This document shows positions 23,401 through 36,700 of a DNA stretch of 64,000 nt, one piece after another (within the stretch, counting starts at the first letter, position 1; every line of letters begins with the position of its first letter). The translations under genes and the position numbers were made by a program. Below the pieces are notes generated by a model. It was not told where the DNA came from and ran no database searches. It worked only from the letters and a program-made list of their open reading frames with translations. Where the stretch lies: contig CM102287.1 in NCBI GenBank assembly GCA_046563655.1, forward strand, positions 6,200,001 to 6,264,000, given 5' to 3'. Origin of the DNA: Yuukianura sp. NJ FZ-2021 (lineage: Eukaryota).

Positions 23401-26040
23401 GTTGCATTCAAACCTACCAGATTGTACAGCAAGTTGATTAAAGGACAAATTGAAACTAAAATTCAGCTGGGTTTCAGGCACAAAACGAATACGTAGCACG
23501 TCGTTCTTGACTAAAACAGTAAATATATTCAATTTTTTATAGAAATAATTAAACTTAACGATCTTTACTCTTACAAGTGAACCATGTTATAACGTTGTAT
23601 AAAGGATGTAAACGTTATGATCTAGTGTAGGGGAATCGAATAAGGGGAGCGTCAATAACGCTGTAAGTACTGCAACCTCTCTCAGCAGAAAGTAGTGTGT
23701 CCGCAACAAATTTGTAGTCGCCCAAACCATGCTGCACTTGGGCAGCAACGTTGTTTTTCTTAGTCATCCCATGCGGTGTTGGTTTCCAAGTTGTCTCGTT
23801 CCCACGGTAATGAATCAGCACGCACGGATTCTTGCATGATGTATCCCTCAGCTTGTACACGTCCCGGAAGAATGGTAGCACCTCATCGTGTTCGTTTTTC
23901 ACCTTGTAATAAATCTTCAACAACACGTTCGGTTTGGAACGAACTGCCTCGCTTCTGAACCCTGCGTAGTGCGTACCCATCTTTGGTATATTCGACGTCT
24001 ACTTGTGAGGAGCAACGGTAGACAAATATTTCCCCACCTCTGGCGGCGGTGGGAAAGAAATTGCATGAAGAAGGCGAAAGTATAACAAAAAAATTCAGCA
24101 AACAGACAAGTAATAACTTAGCTATCTTTTTACAGGTGTTTATTGGAAACGATATAAGTATGACGGGGAGAATCTCGTTGGAATTTCTGTTTCAATCTCT
24201 ACGAATGCATGGCAGCCAAAGTCGGACACTTCAAACGCTCTAGCTTGTTTTGGTCCAGCTGTATAACCTTGAACATGGTCCAGAGGCATAGTGCAGCTGC
24301 CTGGATAGCGGTTAGTACCCAATTTGCCCAGCGTCATGTGACTGTAGCTCATTCCCGGGAAGAAAGTTCTCAATTTACGCATCAATTTCGTCCGAACCGC
24401 AGCTTCTCAGACTTTAACGCGAGTAGACTGGCAGAAGAATAAAGCACATTTAGCGTGAAGGTTGATGTACAGCAACGCGACATGCTCACGCGGTCGAGTC
24501 ATCAAGTTTCCTGTGATGCAGAAGTCGACTGGCAGTAGTATTTTCCCTGCAGGCGGCGTTGCCAAAGAAAGAAAGAGCTTGTGGAACAAGTTTTAGACAC
24601 TTTATCTCGCGTAGAGTTGTGGCATGACCAGGGAATCGCGTATTCCTGGCGCAAGGTCGGTTTTGCATTGAATTCATACCTGCTTTTGCCATGAGGAGGA
24701 CCCAGTGGTAGTTAGGATAATTTCCATACCCACTAATACTCTGCGTGGGTTATATACTAGAAAGGGACTTCCAGTTGTTGCTGGGGGTGAGGTAAATTGA
24801 AGGTACCTTCCCCATCCAGTTAACAGAAGACGTCAGAAACAGTCTAAAATATGAGTGTGTGGTTTTGAATCAATAGGGGTCTACATATTTCAAAATTATG
24901 ATATATTCACAGGGCGTACTGTGTACTACAACCTTACACTTCAGAAACTCACATAAATTTAGTCAATGCTAGGGTTATTACTTGTTATACTCCATTGTTG
25001 CTCCTACGGGCACAGTATAAAAAAGTGAGACGTTTAGTCACATTTTACACGTTAGTTGATACATCACCGCTACATCCGCAAGGGACGTCGCACAGCAGGT
25101 AGGGCTAGGGACACATCATTTTCTGACAGCAGGTTAGTGTTCTCTGCGTCTCACCACTAGTTATTACTACCTTATTACCGTGTGCGAGGGCAAAAGTAGT
25201 TGGATTCACCTGCGCTACAGCCAGGCCGTTGCTGATGAAGAATATCACGGTGTCATACGGGTTATCGGTACATCTGTTATTTCATTCGCTTTTAACGCAA
25301 TAAGCAATACGGCACCACATTTGGTTTGCAAGTTGCTCGATCAACTGTTCGCGGACACAAAGCAAGGGGCTAGCGTCTTGTTCGCATCTCCCTACTCTAC
25401 TCAGGTTCTCGTCAATCACGACTAATTCTTTCACATTCCGTATAACAGCCATATCGTACCCTACTCCGAGCTTACATTGTTTATTGTTGTGTTGGTAAGG
25501 TATGTTTGGCATACTCTATATATACATCTTGCTTTCCAGTCGCCTCATTGGAGTGGTAAGTGTTATGAACAAGAATAGTGTATAATCGAATGTGTGGGCT
25601 GCCAGACATTTTAGGGCGAGCATTTCCTTGTGTGACACAGTTGGGTGGGAGTCAGACTGTAGCCATAGATTCATGTAGACATACATGAGGTATTAAAATA
25701 GTTTTTCAATGGATTTAAATAGCAGAATCGAAGTTGGATTTGGGTTGGATAACCAATTTTAATTAATAATGCCAATTCAAGTTTTAATTAAATTGCATTC
25801 CCTTCAATTTACTTTTACCCTAATTCATTATAAGTTATTCCATCTTAAAATTATCTTGATTTTAATTACCCTTGATTAATTTTAATTCATGTTGATCAAG
25901 ACGAGTTTGCTATAATTGTCGAAAACGATTTTTCAACGTGTAATCCGAGTGTCTCCTGGAATAGTTCGCGATAATCCGCTTTTCCATAGTATAGTGCGCG
26001 CGGTTTCGCCTAATCCGCTATCCGCCTTTTAGGAAGTCCC
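20427..26040 (-). mobile_element. Decayed TIR DNA transposon, probably Mutator-like (MULE)
   Basis: TIRs gggactccctaaaaggcggatcgcggattagg (from 20427) and cctaatccgctatccgccttttaggaagtccc (to 26040), with a further inverted match (ccgcgcgcacta). The 9-bp flanks gtagtatgt / atattattt match 6/9. Minus-strand ORF fragment LIHYRG...PHG..K (23615-23980) resembles, from memory, N-terminal regions of invertebrate MULE proteins. Confidence 0.7.
20905..22895. mobile_element. Nested ~2-kb non-autonomous TIR element with subterminal ~30-bp repeats
   Basis: Near-perfect terminal inverted repeat caattgaagg(g/a)gccagtcaaagaagtgcctcta, with TTAA on both sides (20901-4, 22896-9). Tandem aaaaatcgcacgttgaattaagatcgcgtg-type units at ~21050-21295 are mirrored at ~22310-22580. 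A further inverted match links ~21005-21055 and ~22600-22655. Confidence 0.85.
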
Positions 26041-26284
26041 ATATTATTTTACAAGGTTCTTTTACCACCAAATTGTGTTTCCTACCGCATGTTGCTAAAC
26101 AACTCAATTTGAAAGTTTGCTAAAGTTACAGTGAAACCAATTTATGCACCAATTTGATTAACTTTCCTCCGATTTTGTGATCCCCTAACATTAGATTCAA
26201 TGGGAAGTGAGTCGTGTTCCATTAAGCAGATTATATGCCGTTATGCCTAGAGTTCGCAATACTAATTTTAATTATACAAATTAG

Positions 26285-26632
26285 CATCGTCCAAACTTAT
26301 GTAATTGCTCTTGAAGTGTTGTCCAACTGATGTTAACGCTTCTGGTGTGTTTGTAGAACTGATGTAATTGACACTGATATAGTGTCACTGATGTAAATGC
26401 CATTACGTAATTGAACTGATAAAATGACGTACTACGATTTGATTTATTTGTCAAATAGAAGTAAGGGAGTTAGATTTCTTTCCGTTTCCTAGCGATTTGG
26501 GAATTGTCGGTTTCAGAATTGTTGCTTAAAGGATTGTCGATTTTAGAAATTGTGGTTTTTTGAAATTGTCGATTTTAGAATTGTCGATTACAGGATTGTC
26601 GATTATTGGATTGTCGGTTATGACATGGAACC
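26285..26632. repeat. Degenerate ~15-bp tandem repeats, probably remnant arms of foldback elements
   Basis: Units like aactgatgtaattg (26285-26420) and gaattgtcgattttag (26500-26620), ending in gacatggaacc. Confidence 0.55.
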
Positions 26633-27126
26633 TTATACTACCGCATTTTACCAACAAGAACAACCTTATAAGCATGAAAATCTACTAACATTACTTAGGA
26701 TAAATAGCGTATATTAGCCTATATAGATAGTATATATATCGATTTTACACCTTTTTTGTGTTTGGTCTGCATGTTGGTAAGTATACTCTTTTATCAAAAA
26801 TTATCAACTAATCGAAAAATCATATCTATCGAAAAAGCTCACCCACCTAGCGTTTCTCGAATGTGCCGTAAATGAATTAGTAGTCAAAGTCAAATAAGTG
26901 CCCCACCTAAACTTACAGCACTGCACATACTCAACATATTCTCGCGCAGTCTCTTTTAGCCGGAAATTTCAAAGGTCAGTCACCAATTTTCAAAGGCAAC
27001 CGTTAATCAAGTTTATTAGCCCATAAATTCTTGCATTGGTATTTGTATCGTAACTATTGTTTTTAGAAACCAAGGAAGGGTGTAGGCGGCGTGGCAAGTG
27101 TTTCATCTTTGACTGGACAGTAAAAT

Positions 27127-27652
27127 ATGGCGTTGCTGATGGGTGATGAGAGGCCGTCAACTTGTACTTCGGATTATTGGATCTGGACATTCAATAAAAC
27201 GACGATGAATAACGCTGAGCCGAATGAGAATTGCGGGAAATGGATGATCTTCGATACCTTTGATAACCTCGACGGAGTATGGGCGATCATCAAAAAGGCG
27301 ACGGAGGAAGGCAAGTTGGGCCCTGAGGCAAAAGTTGGGACTCGTAAGAATAAAGAACGTAAGACAATTCTAAACTAACTGGAATCAATAACCAAATCAA
27401 ACCTCCCCGTAGATGTAGGAATACATGCTTCTAATTTGTCAATCGTGTTTAGATGAGCCTGGGGCAACTTTTAAAACAGTGATTTGTATATATACTTACG
27501 ACTGGACAGATGTAGCCGACGTCATGCGAGTGCGTCAAGCACTGCGAGAACTTGGGTTCAACATGAAATTGCCCTACAAGTCTGATGCTGATACATTGGC
27601 CGGAAAGTACCGTGCAACTGGTTATAAGCGAATAAGCAAGTACTACTGTTGA
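27127..27652 (+). CDS. DUF1917 / Bles03 (C11orf68)-like eIF4E-fold protein, compact form, two exons
   Basis: Exon 1 has GKWMIF...LDGVWAIIKKATEEGKLGPEAKV; exon 2 has VICIYTYDWTDVADVMRVRQALRELG...YKSDADT. A GTAAG donor at 27359 (or 27344) joins the tttag acceptor at 27452 in phase 1. Confidence 0.85.
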
Positions 27653-28265
27653 ATCAGCGTATTGCGAATGCGCATAACGGAAAAAACTGTCAAATAAATT
27701 TAGCGATGCTTTCCTCTAAGTTTCTGTTATTCGTGATTTACCTATTTACTTTTGTCATAACCTCAGCGCTTACTCCAATTAACTTCAAACAAGGTCGACA
27801 TAATTTTTCTAACGTAACTTATAATTACAAGTGTTGGGGCAGTAAGAGAGTAAGTATTTTTTGCGAACATGACAAATAAAGCCGTTTAAGCTACATACCT
27901 GGTGACTTTATGTCGTTACTTATATTTCTCGTATGGAAACATTTTAAGACGCCTTGCTATTACACTAAAGCTTTTTGTGCACATCCTTAACCATGACGAA
28001 ATATGTCCCGTCATGCTAGTAAGCTTAATTTAAGTTATTCTTGAAATGGCACTAATTAATACTTGGATCTAAATATTTCATATTTAAAGGAGTATTTTGT
28101 TGTATTTCTAACAATTACCACTGGAAGGTTATAATGTTGTACTAAAATGAATTTTTTTAGTTAAAACCGTTGAGCTCTTTTCTCGCAAAGATATTTTCCA
28201 GCATTTTCTTAAATGCTATGCTGATAAGATTTTTGATGATTTTGATTTGTCAGAAAATCGATCGA

Positions 28266-30719
28266 CTATCTTTTATCCGACCGTGGCTGGAAAGTGCTTG
28301 TTGCTTGGCCATGGTACGACTGCGTCGGTGGAACTACTGGTGGACTGACTTTGAAAGTGGTTAGTTGTGGTGGGTATGTCGAGTGCAAATGGTTGCCATT
28401 TGGAGCTGTGTGTTGAAGTGGTGGCTCAAACGGCATTTCCTCAATTGTGGCAATCATTTTTCCAGTTTTATTCCCATTTTTTTCGTAGTACTGATTGTCA
28501 TAACCGTCACCGCGGAGATGATCGTAGTCTGGTGGCAACGGTGGCGTTCCAATTTCTGGCCTTTCATCTTCGTGCGTATAGTAATGCGCAGCATGCCACC
28601 GGGAGTGAAGAACAATTGCAACGGATGAAATTATTAGCACGAGTAGAATCAGTCCGCAGCCAATGAAAAGCCCAAATTTTGCATCGCTCGCCAAGATGGA
28701 AGCGGATTCAGCAGTGTTACACCATTCCAACATCGATTCTTCGATGGTAATCAATGCTCGATCATAAAATGCTGGCGGTGAGAAGCATCTGAGACAGTAC
28801 GGACCTGTAAGAGCATTAATTTCATAATTATTTTTGCAACGTTGTATGTTTGTTTTGGATTTCCTAATGTTTTTTAATTGTTTTTATTTAGATATTCCCA
28901 ATTACCGTAGGAATCATTACAACCCGTTGCAAAAACTGGATGAAATTGGATCCACTTGAGAAGTGCTGGGATGTTACAGAGATCACAAGCGAACGGGTTC
29001 CCATGAAGTCTTAAATCTTCAAAGTAGAAGAGTTGATTGATGTAAGCCAGCAGTTCGCCATCAATGCCTTTGAGCCGATTAGCCGAAAGATCCAACACTC
29101 GAAGCCGTTTGAGCGGAACTAGAAGATGAGCTGAAAGATCCGAAAGATGATTTCCAGAAATGTTTAGGACTTCAAGTCGATCTTGTTTTTCAAACAGATT
29201 AAGCGGTACTTGCTCCCATTTATTTTCTGCCAGAACAAGCGTCTTCAGTTGATAATTTACGGAGAGGAGAATGGAGATTTGTGTCAAAGACAGTTTTGGA
29301 TTTCGACTCAAATCCAATTTGGACAAGTTCCGCCTCATGGCTTCATTGAAGATTTGAACATCCAGCGTTTCAAATTTATTCCCAGAGAGATCTAACCATC
29401 CTACGGAAGTATTTTGAAATGCATTTCGATCAATTCTAACAATACGATTGGAGGCGAGTGTGAGATGATAAAAGTTTTGGGAGCGGAACGTGTCATCGAT
29501 AATTGCTGAAAGTTGATTTCCATCTAAAAACAGCTCGCGCAGGCGTATGAGACTTCCGAATTCTTCTCGGTTCAAGTACTTGAACTCGTTGTCTCCCAAA
29601 TCCAAAATCTGAAATCCGAAAAAAAATTAAACCTCACTTTTTTGTTTGTTTTCTGTCTTCTTTTTTTGCTAGAATTACCCGCAAGTCTGGCAGGAGGGCA
29701 TACAGAAGCGGGTTGATCGTTTTAAGCCCGCAACTTCTACATCGGAGTTCCTTGAGTCGCCAAATGTCTCTAAAAACGTCCGGTGAAAGTTCGCGGAGCC
29801 AATTTCCAGAAATGTCAAGCACTTCCAACATGTGTAAATTATAGAAAAGACGTTCAACCAATTTTGTTGCACGGTTCCAGGACAGATCCAGGGATCGTAA
29901 TTTGACCAGAGCTGAAAAGGATGCTGAGACAAAGGAATCGATTTTGTTGTGACACAGGTTGAGTTCTTCCAATGAAACCAATCCTTTGAAGTTGGAGTCA
30001 ACGATGAGAGTGATGTTATTTCTGGACAAATTCAATTTTCGTAGAGATTGAACACCCCAGAACGAATTTTCTCCTATGTTTGGAATGTTCGAGTTCACCT
30101 ACATAATGAAAATGGACAAGAAAACCAATTTTGAAATTTAGAACTGTGAAATGTAACACTTTCCAAATTTAATTGAAAAGCGTCCCGGCGCTTTCTCCAC
30201 TTTCACAAAATTTGATCAAAAGAAACATGAAGCCTTTTAACACCACTTCGGATTTTATTTTTAGCTACGCTTTGTTCCAATTTTTGATCAAATTTAGCAC
30301 AAGACCATTAAAAAATTCATTATTCAAAAAAGTACAATATATATTTTTCCCAAAAATTGTAAGATTTAAACTTTGTAGAAACTTACGATATGTAGTTCTT
30401 CCAATTTTTTAAACTGTTTAAAAAATCTTCCGAGTGTGAGATGATTTGGTTGTTGTTCTGGTGGGATAATTCGAATCACTTCTGTAGATGGTGACATTTT
30501 GATTGATGGAATATCTGTCATGCGTCCTTGTGTACAAGCCACTTCCATTCGTCCACGAACATCCAAACTACACTCACATTTGTCTGGACAGAGACCACCA
30601 AAGAGACTTTGAGCATTTACTGGACTTTGGAATGAGAGTCCCAGGACGATCCAGAGGCAAAGGAAGACGAAAGACATTGTCGTCGATGCTGTTCTGGTCT
30701 TTGGCAAATTGGGATTCAT
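28266..30719 (-). CDS. Leucine-rich-repeat single-pass transmembrane protein (4 coding exons)
   Basis: Signal peptide (MSFVFLCLWIVLGLSFQSPVNA), LRRNT CPDKCEC, many LxxLxLxxN repeats, LRRCT GNPFACDLC, TM FGLFIGCGLILLVLIISSVAIVL and a Pro-rich cytoplasmic tail. 5'UTR splice acceptor near 30935. Confidence 0.92.
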
Positions 30720-33700
30720 GTTCTCGATTTCCCACTAGCACGACCAGGACAAATTAACTGTGAAACTTTCACTGCTGCTGAAGAAGGTTTTTGGCAAAAC
30801 CTTTGCCAAAAACTTTCTTTCTGGTCTGGGACTTTGTGGTGGTCCGCTTTAGTTTGTACGTGTTGAGAATTTGATCCTTTTCCAAATCCAAACTAAAAGT
30901 TAATGTGCAGCATAAATCAGGAACGACAACAACCTACAAAGAGAAAAAAAAACTAAAGTTAGTGACAAAGTGGTCAACAATTAATTGAAAGTTGAGGTCA
31001 AACGTAATTCAAGTTGGTCAATGTCATTCCAATTTTAACTTTAACTGACTTGGATTTTTAGGTTACAAATTGAAATAAGTTGCAACTCCATAAGAATATT
31101 TATGACAACCGCAACTCTTTGTATTGTCAAAGAAGTTCTAGGTTGCTTCGTTGTTTCAAAATTTAAAAAAAAGTTGTTCGAACATGTTTAGTTTTAAAAA
31201 GCACTTTCATGTTGACTATTGATTCTTGAGAGCTCGTTTGGTTGGCACAAATTGTCTTGCCGGTTGGTTGAACCTGTCATTTCTATTACCCTATAATTTC
31301 CCCTAATGTTATTGTTATTGAACAACATTTGAAATGAATAATGTGACTGGGCGGAGGGAGCTGAACGGTTTTGGCTAAGTTGCTAATGATAGTAACAGGC
31401 AGGTTTATGACGTCCATAAGGTAGGTTACGACAACAAAATATTTTGATGTTATTTTGCTCCAAACGCGTAACACAACAAACGCAAAAATTTACTTTCTCT
31501 TGTTTATTTCGAAACGACAATTCAAGCAATTCAGGGAAATAGGGAAACGCGTCGGATGCGAAAAACGGGCAATTCCGATGTAGATTTCATTCAATTTGTT
31601 TTCTAATCACCAATTTTCCAAAGTCAAATTTTCAAAGTTTGAATTTGAAGAAATTTCCCAAGTGAAAGCTGAAACAACGTTACTTAAATCGCCTTTTTAG
31701 AAAGTAAGACGATCTGCTCAATTCCTAATGGTAGTCCATTAGGTCTCTAATGTCTTTTAGTATCGACTTTCTTATTGTTTCTATTTCCTTACTATTAAAT
31801 GTCAGCTAAAAGTGGAACAATTACGGCAAAGTGCTAGTGACCTAGTTCTCTTCTGTCGCAGAAATGAATACAAAATATATTTCAAAATTTTACTTGCTTC
31901 AAGTTTCAAATTTTTTAGATAGAAAGAAAACTGGATATCATCGTAGTTTAATTTTCATAAAGCCTTCAAAATTTTGAAAGATATTTAGCTTTTCAGTGTT
32001 TCATTATTCCAAAGAAGAAGAAGTGTTTCGAATTTTCAGAATTCTTTTGGGAAAAGTGAAAGTTTTTGGAACTGTTCCAGGAAGTCTCTAGAGTTTTTTG
32101 TGCTTGAGGAACCTTAAAAATGTGTAAGACATTCAGTTTACATACTGAAGCTTTTTAGGAGGTTATGAAAAAGTTATGCATTCTTTCTTTTTCACTTGCT
32201 AAAACAGTTGGAGTTAATTTTGTAAAGACAAGGCGTTGAGCCGGGTTGAAAAGTGCATATTCAACAAAGACGAGTTTCTCTGTTCTAAAAAACAAGTTTA
32301 AAAATTCTTAGCAAAAAATAATCTTTTATGCACTACTCGCCTGCTCCAGCTTTCTCTAGAATTCCAAATTTTTGTCAAAATATAAACCGCCCAAAATTTC
32401 ATGTACGGCGTATGTGCGATGTAAAAAGTTTTCACTCTCACCCATAGCCAGAATATTTGTTTTTCTTTTCTGAATCATGCAGAATGCGTTTTGTGTTTAT
32501 GATGAAGAAGGGAGAGACTTTTTGCTGCAATTCAATTCATATTAATTAAAAAAGGGCTTGATAAGTCCCAAGAGAGGCTTGTCTGAATTCAATTGTGGGA
32601 TAAAGCGCAGTACAACAGAGGAAGGGCCTTGCATTTGAATTAATGAACGCATCTGCACAAGTCTCCTTTGGTTAAAACTAAAATGGAAAATGGGGGACAA
32701 GCAATCTGTGTACTTGGGTTGTTCAAGTGGTCCATTTACTTTTCTATTCAAAAGTTTGAATTCAAAGGAACTTCAAAGTTTCTTTTAAACAAGAAATCAA
32801 GGCCAATGTAAAAGCTGAATAGGGCGTGGGGGAAGGAGATGTGTTGGACTAATCTGTCTTTTGATCTTAGATCTTTGATCTCTCCAATTTTTCAAATTTT
32901 TCAATACTTGAATTCTAAAGGCACAACTCAAGCATCGGAAGGCAAATTTCCAAAGTTATAGAAGAAAAAAACACTTGAGAATTTTGTATAAGACAAAAAA
33001 TTACGAAAAACGAAACAGATTTCGTGTTTTCTAAAACTGCTAACTCTGATGAAAGTGTTAAATGCTCCCGATGGAGGATGGAGCACTGGCACCAGTTGTA
33101 CTTCCTGAGTTGGCACTGGGAGAAAGTTCAGACTTTTCGCAACTTTCGCTTCGCGTGAGCTACATTTTCAACCTGACTTAACCTAACTTTAATTTAACGG
33201 CTGAGCAGTTTGCTTTGTTCGTAGTATTTCATTGAGAAAAATCCTTCAAGTTAATTAGTACCAAAAGCCAATAGCCTGGAGAACTTAATTTCTGGAAGGT
33301 AATAATCGTTACCGTTTAGCCTCAATTTGTGAGATACAACTCTTCCCCTGGGGGGACTTATACATGTACATTGGAACAAAACGTTATTAGCGCCAAAGGC
33401 CTCACTTTGTGCCAACACAAAATGAGGTCAAAGTATGAACTAGTGCGAAACGCTGAAAGTTGTTTTCACAGCACCGCTGTGGAACTGGTGCGAAACGCTG
33501 AACTTTTAGTGCTTTAGAACCGTCGCCTCACAAAATAAACTTTCGAATTTCCTTCCTCCGCAAAGCAAACTATTTTCCAAAGTTTGGCATGGGGAAAAAC
33601 CTGTGGTTGGTCTTGGAACAAACGAAATGAGTGAAGGGTTTCCAAAAAGCAGAGCACAATTATTACTAGTTCTTCAAACTAAATATATATTTTATAGTAT

Positions 33701-36700
33701 ATGGTTAATGAAACTGATTTTCGAGAAAGTTGGCTTGGAAAGTTATCATTTAAAGGAGGGCACAGAAGTGAAAGTAAGATGACTCATAGCTTAAAAACTA
33801 ATTCGAGTGAAAGTCCCAATTAAAAGAGCTTCCCAATAGACTCTACACTCCAATCCTACCTTGGATACCAGCCCTATGCTAAACCACTTCATTTGAAACA
33901 CCAGCACGGCGCAGTGAACGCTTCCAAGTGAAAGTGAAATCTCTCACTTTCTCTTCCAAATTAATCCATTTCATTTTAACAACAAATGACTCACGAGATT
34001 TCTCTTGTTAAAAACAACTTTCTTCCAACTTATAAATGCTCTTATCATTAATTAAAACGTACTCTACAACAAAGTTAGCCATTTTTAGGCAAAAACGTAT
34101 CGACTGGGTTAGTTTTAGTTTTTTTTTGTTAGAAGTGTTTTGAAAAATGAATCATCGTTGTAGAATCTGTAGGCTTGTGACACGGAGGAAAATAATTTCG
34201 GCATTACGTAGTGTTTGCCTGGAGTGTCATAAAGGGGGAACATTGGGCAAAGACGGATCAAGTTACAGTTCAAAGTTTAGAGTGATTCATGGAAGCACAG
34301 CTGCCGAGTATTTGCCAATTCGTGATTTAACGGGGTTTTCTCTGGGGTAATTTAATTTTCCGCTTGCGAAAACTGGAGAGCTGAGAAAACAAAGCAGCAT
34401 CTGCTTCCTCCCTGTCTAAACTCATTTTGTAAACATTGGATTTTTAAAAGTTTACTTTGGAAAGGCCAGGTTTAGTCTCAAGTGTTTTCCCCAAGTTCGT
34501 GATGGGATTCTGAAGAGTCTAGATTAAATTTTTATGGACTTTTTAAAAACTTAAACTTTTCAAAACAAGGATTAAACAACTTGATTAACAAGTTTTTCCT
34601 CAGAGGCCCACCTTTTGACCAGAATTTGAGAGAGAGCAAGAACTGCTTTTGATTTGGTTCAAGATTTTCTCAATTTGTTTTTGAAACATAAAATCAAAAG
34701 TATCGAGAACTTTCATAAATATTTTTCACTTCAAAGTTACTCCCTCTCGAAAGTTTACTTTGGACGAAAAATAAACTTGCCCGTTTCGGAAGCTATTTAT
34801 TTATTAGTTATTTTCAAAACTTTACAGAACTTGTGAAAATCAAATCGAGCCCAAAATTTTCAAAATTTCAAATAAACGCGAAGAAATAGAAAAGGGCGGA
34901 TGAGCAAAACAGTAAATTCAGAAAAGCGTCTTTTTCAAACACCTCTTGACAAGAAACAACAAAACGATTAATCTTGTCTGATCCTCTTGTTTTTCTAATA
35001 CAGCCTCTTCTGTTTAATTCTCCCAAGTCCAAACACTAAATTACATTTTCCCAGTCTGTTTACAACATAACCTAACCTAAACACGTTCCCACTAACCTTG
35101 CCTCAGCCTGAACATAACCAACAACCAACCTTAACCTTTCCTATTTACTTTCCTTATACAAAGACTGGATCAAGCGAAGTGATAATGGGTGATTAATTAT
35201 TGATGGCACTGGTCTTGCATCTCCAGTAGACAGAAATTCGATTAATTCCACATTGCAAACAACACAAGTTTACCTCTAAAACCTAACAAGTCCTGTTCCA
35301 GTGCTTAACCAGCCTAACATAATCTCATCGCATCCTAATTGCTTAACATCTAACGCTTCAACCGCAAAGTACAAAGAATTGTGTGAAACTATGGTCAAAG
35401 GACGTCAGGTCTCAATGGTTTCTAAGAAAAGTTTTAGCACTTGACACTTCTTAACAAAGTAAATCGGATTTCCAGTTCTTGTGCTTCAGCGAGTCTATTC
35501 TTGTTCAAAAAGTAAAGATAGTTTTTGGACACTTTGACAAAAGGAGATTTGGCGCAGAAAGAAAAGCGTATTTGAATTTAGGACGACTCTCGAACTTTGT
35601 TCTGTTCTGAAAGAAAGTGGAAATTTTCTTAAAAGGATTGTCTTCTTAATCTTCTTTTTCGCTTTCACCATTTCATGAACTTTCCATTCCATGATACTTA
35701 ACTCCATAGTCTAACTCACTTCGAATGAAAGTTTCACTCAACATTTCATATCTCAAATGTGTCTCTCTTCCGCTGAACGTTTTTGGCGTTTGGCGCCCGC
35801 CCTTAACCGCGGAAATATCAAAATCAATGACCCGGAGGATGATGAGAACGCGGAAGATGAAGAACCAAAAGCCTTTTAAGGGAGAAAGCAGCGAGGCGTA
35901 TGGTCGTGACAGCCCTGTCAAAATTCTCAACTAATCAAAAGCCCTACAAATACCGCCTCCTGTTTTTCTCGTCAAAACGTAAGGTTCTGACAGGTCATGC
36001 CTTGACTACCACTTGCAGCAGTAGTTACTACGATTTGTAACACTACAATGTATTACCAATTCAGGACATACTGCGCAAAACATGCCAAAAACACCAACAT
36101 ATCTACGCCTTTCCCATGTTATTTTGAGTCTCTAATTCCCAATTCCAAACAAGACAGTTTTTGATCAATTCTGACAGATTTTTGCCTCGGGCTGATTTTT
36201 CTACAGAGATTTTTGTGATTTTTGTACTGTGGAATGTATTTTTCTCCCAAATTTTTATCCTGTTACTCTTCGCTGTAGTCTTCATGATCAAAAATTTATT
36301 CGAATTATTTGTATCAGTTTGGTTTAGCTTTTTCTAAAATTCAAAACTACACCTCATCGAACGTTAATTATTTTGAAACTCATTTTTTGTCTTTTTTTTT
36401 AAATGAAGTTCTTGTTTCAAACTTTAAACGCAAACCCCAACGTAGGGGTTAAGGTCAGCCCGGTTTTAGTGACTCTATTGACTTTGTAGGGGTCGTAGGA
36501 TTGACTCATTTTGTTCCTATTTATTTTAAATTGCGGCACTTTTCGTAGAATCGTGCCTCAGACAATAATGGGGGGATGATCATCATTTTCCTCTGGCGGT
36601 GCGATACTATTACATCTCTTCTGTATGTTTAAAACTGAGATTCGACAGAGAGGGTATTATCTTCAAATTCAAACAGATTAAAACAGCATTTCAAAGAAGA

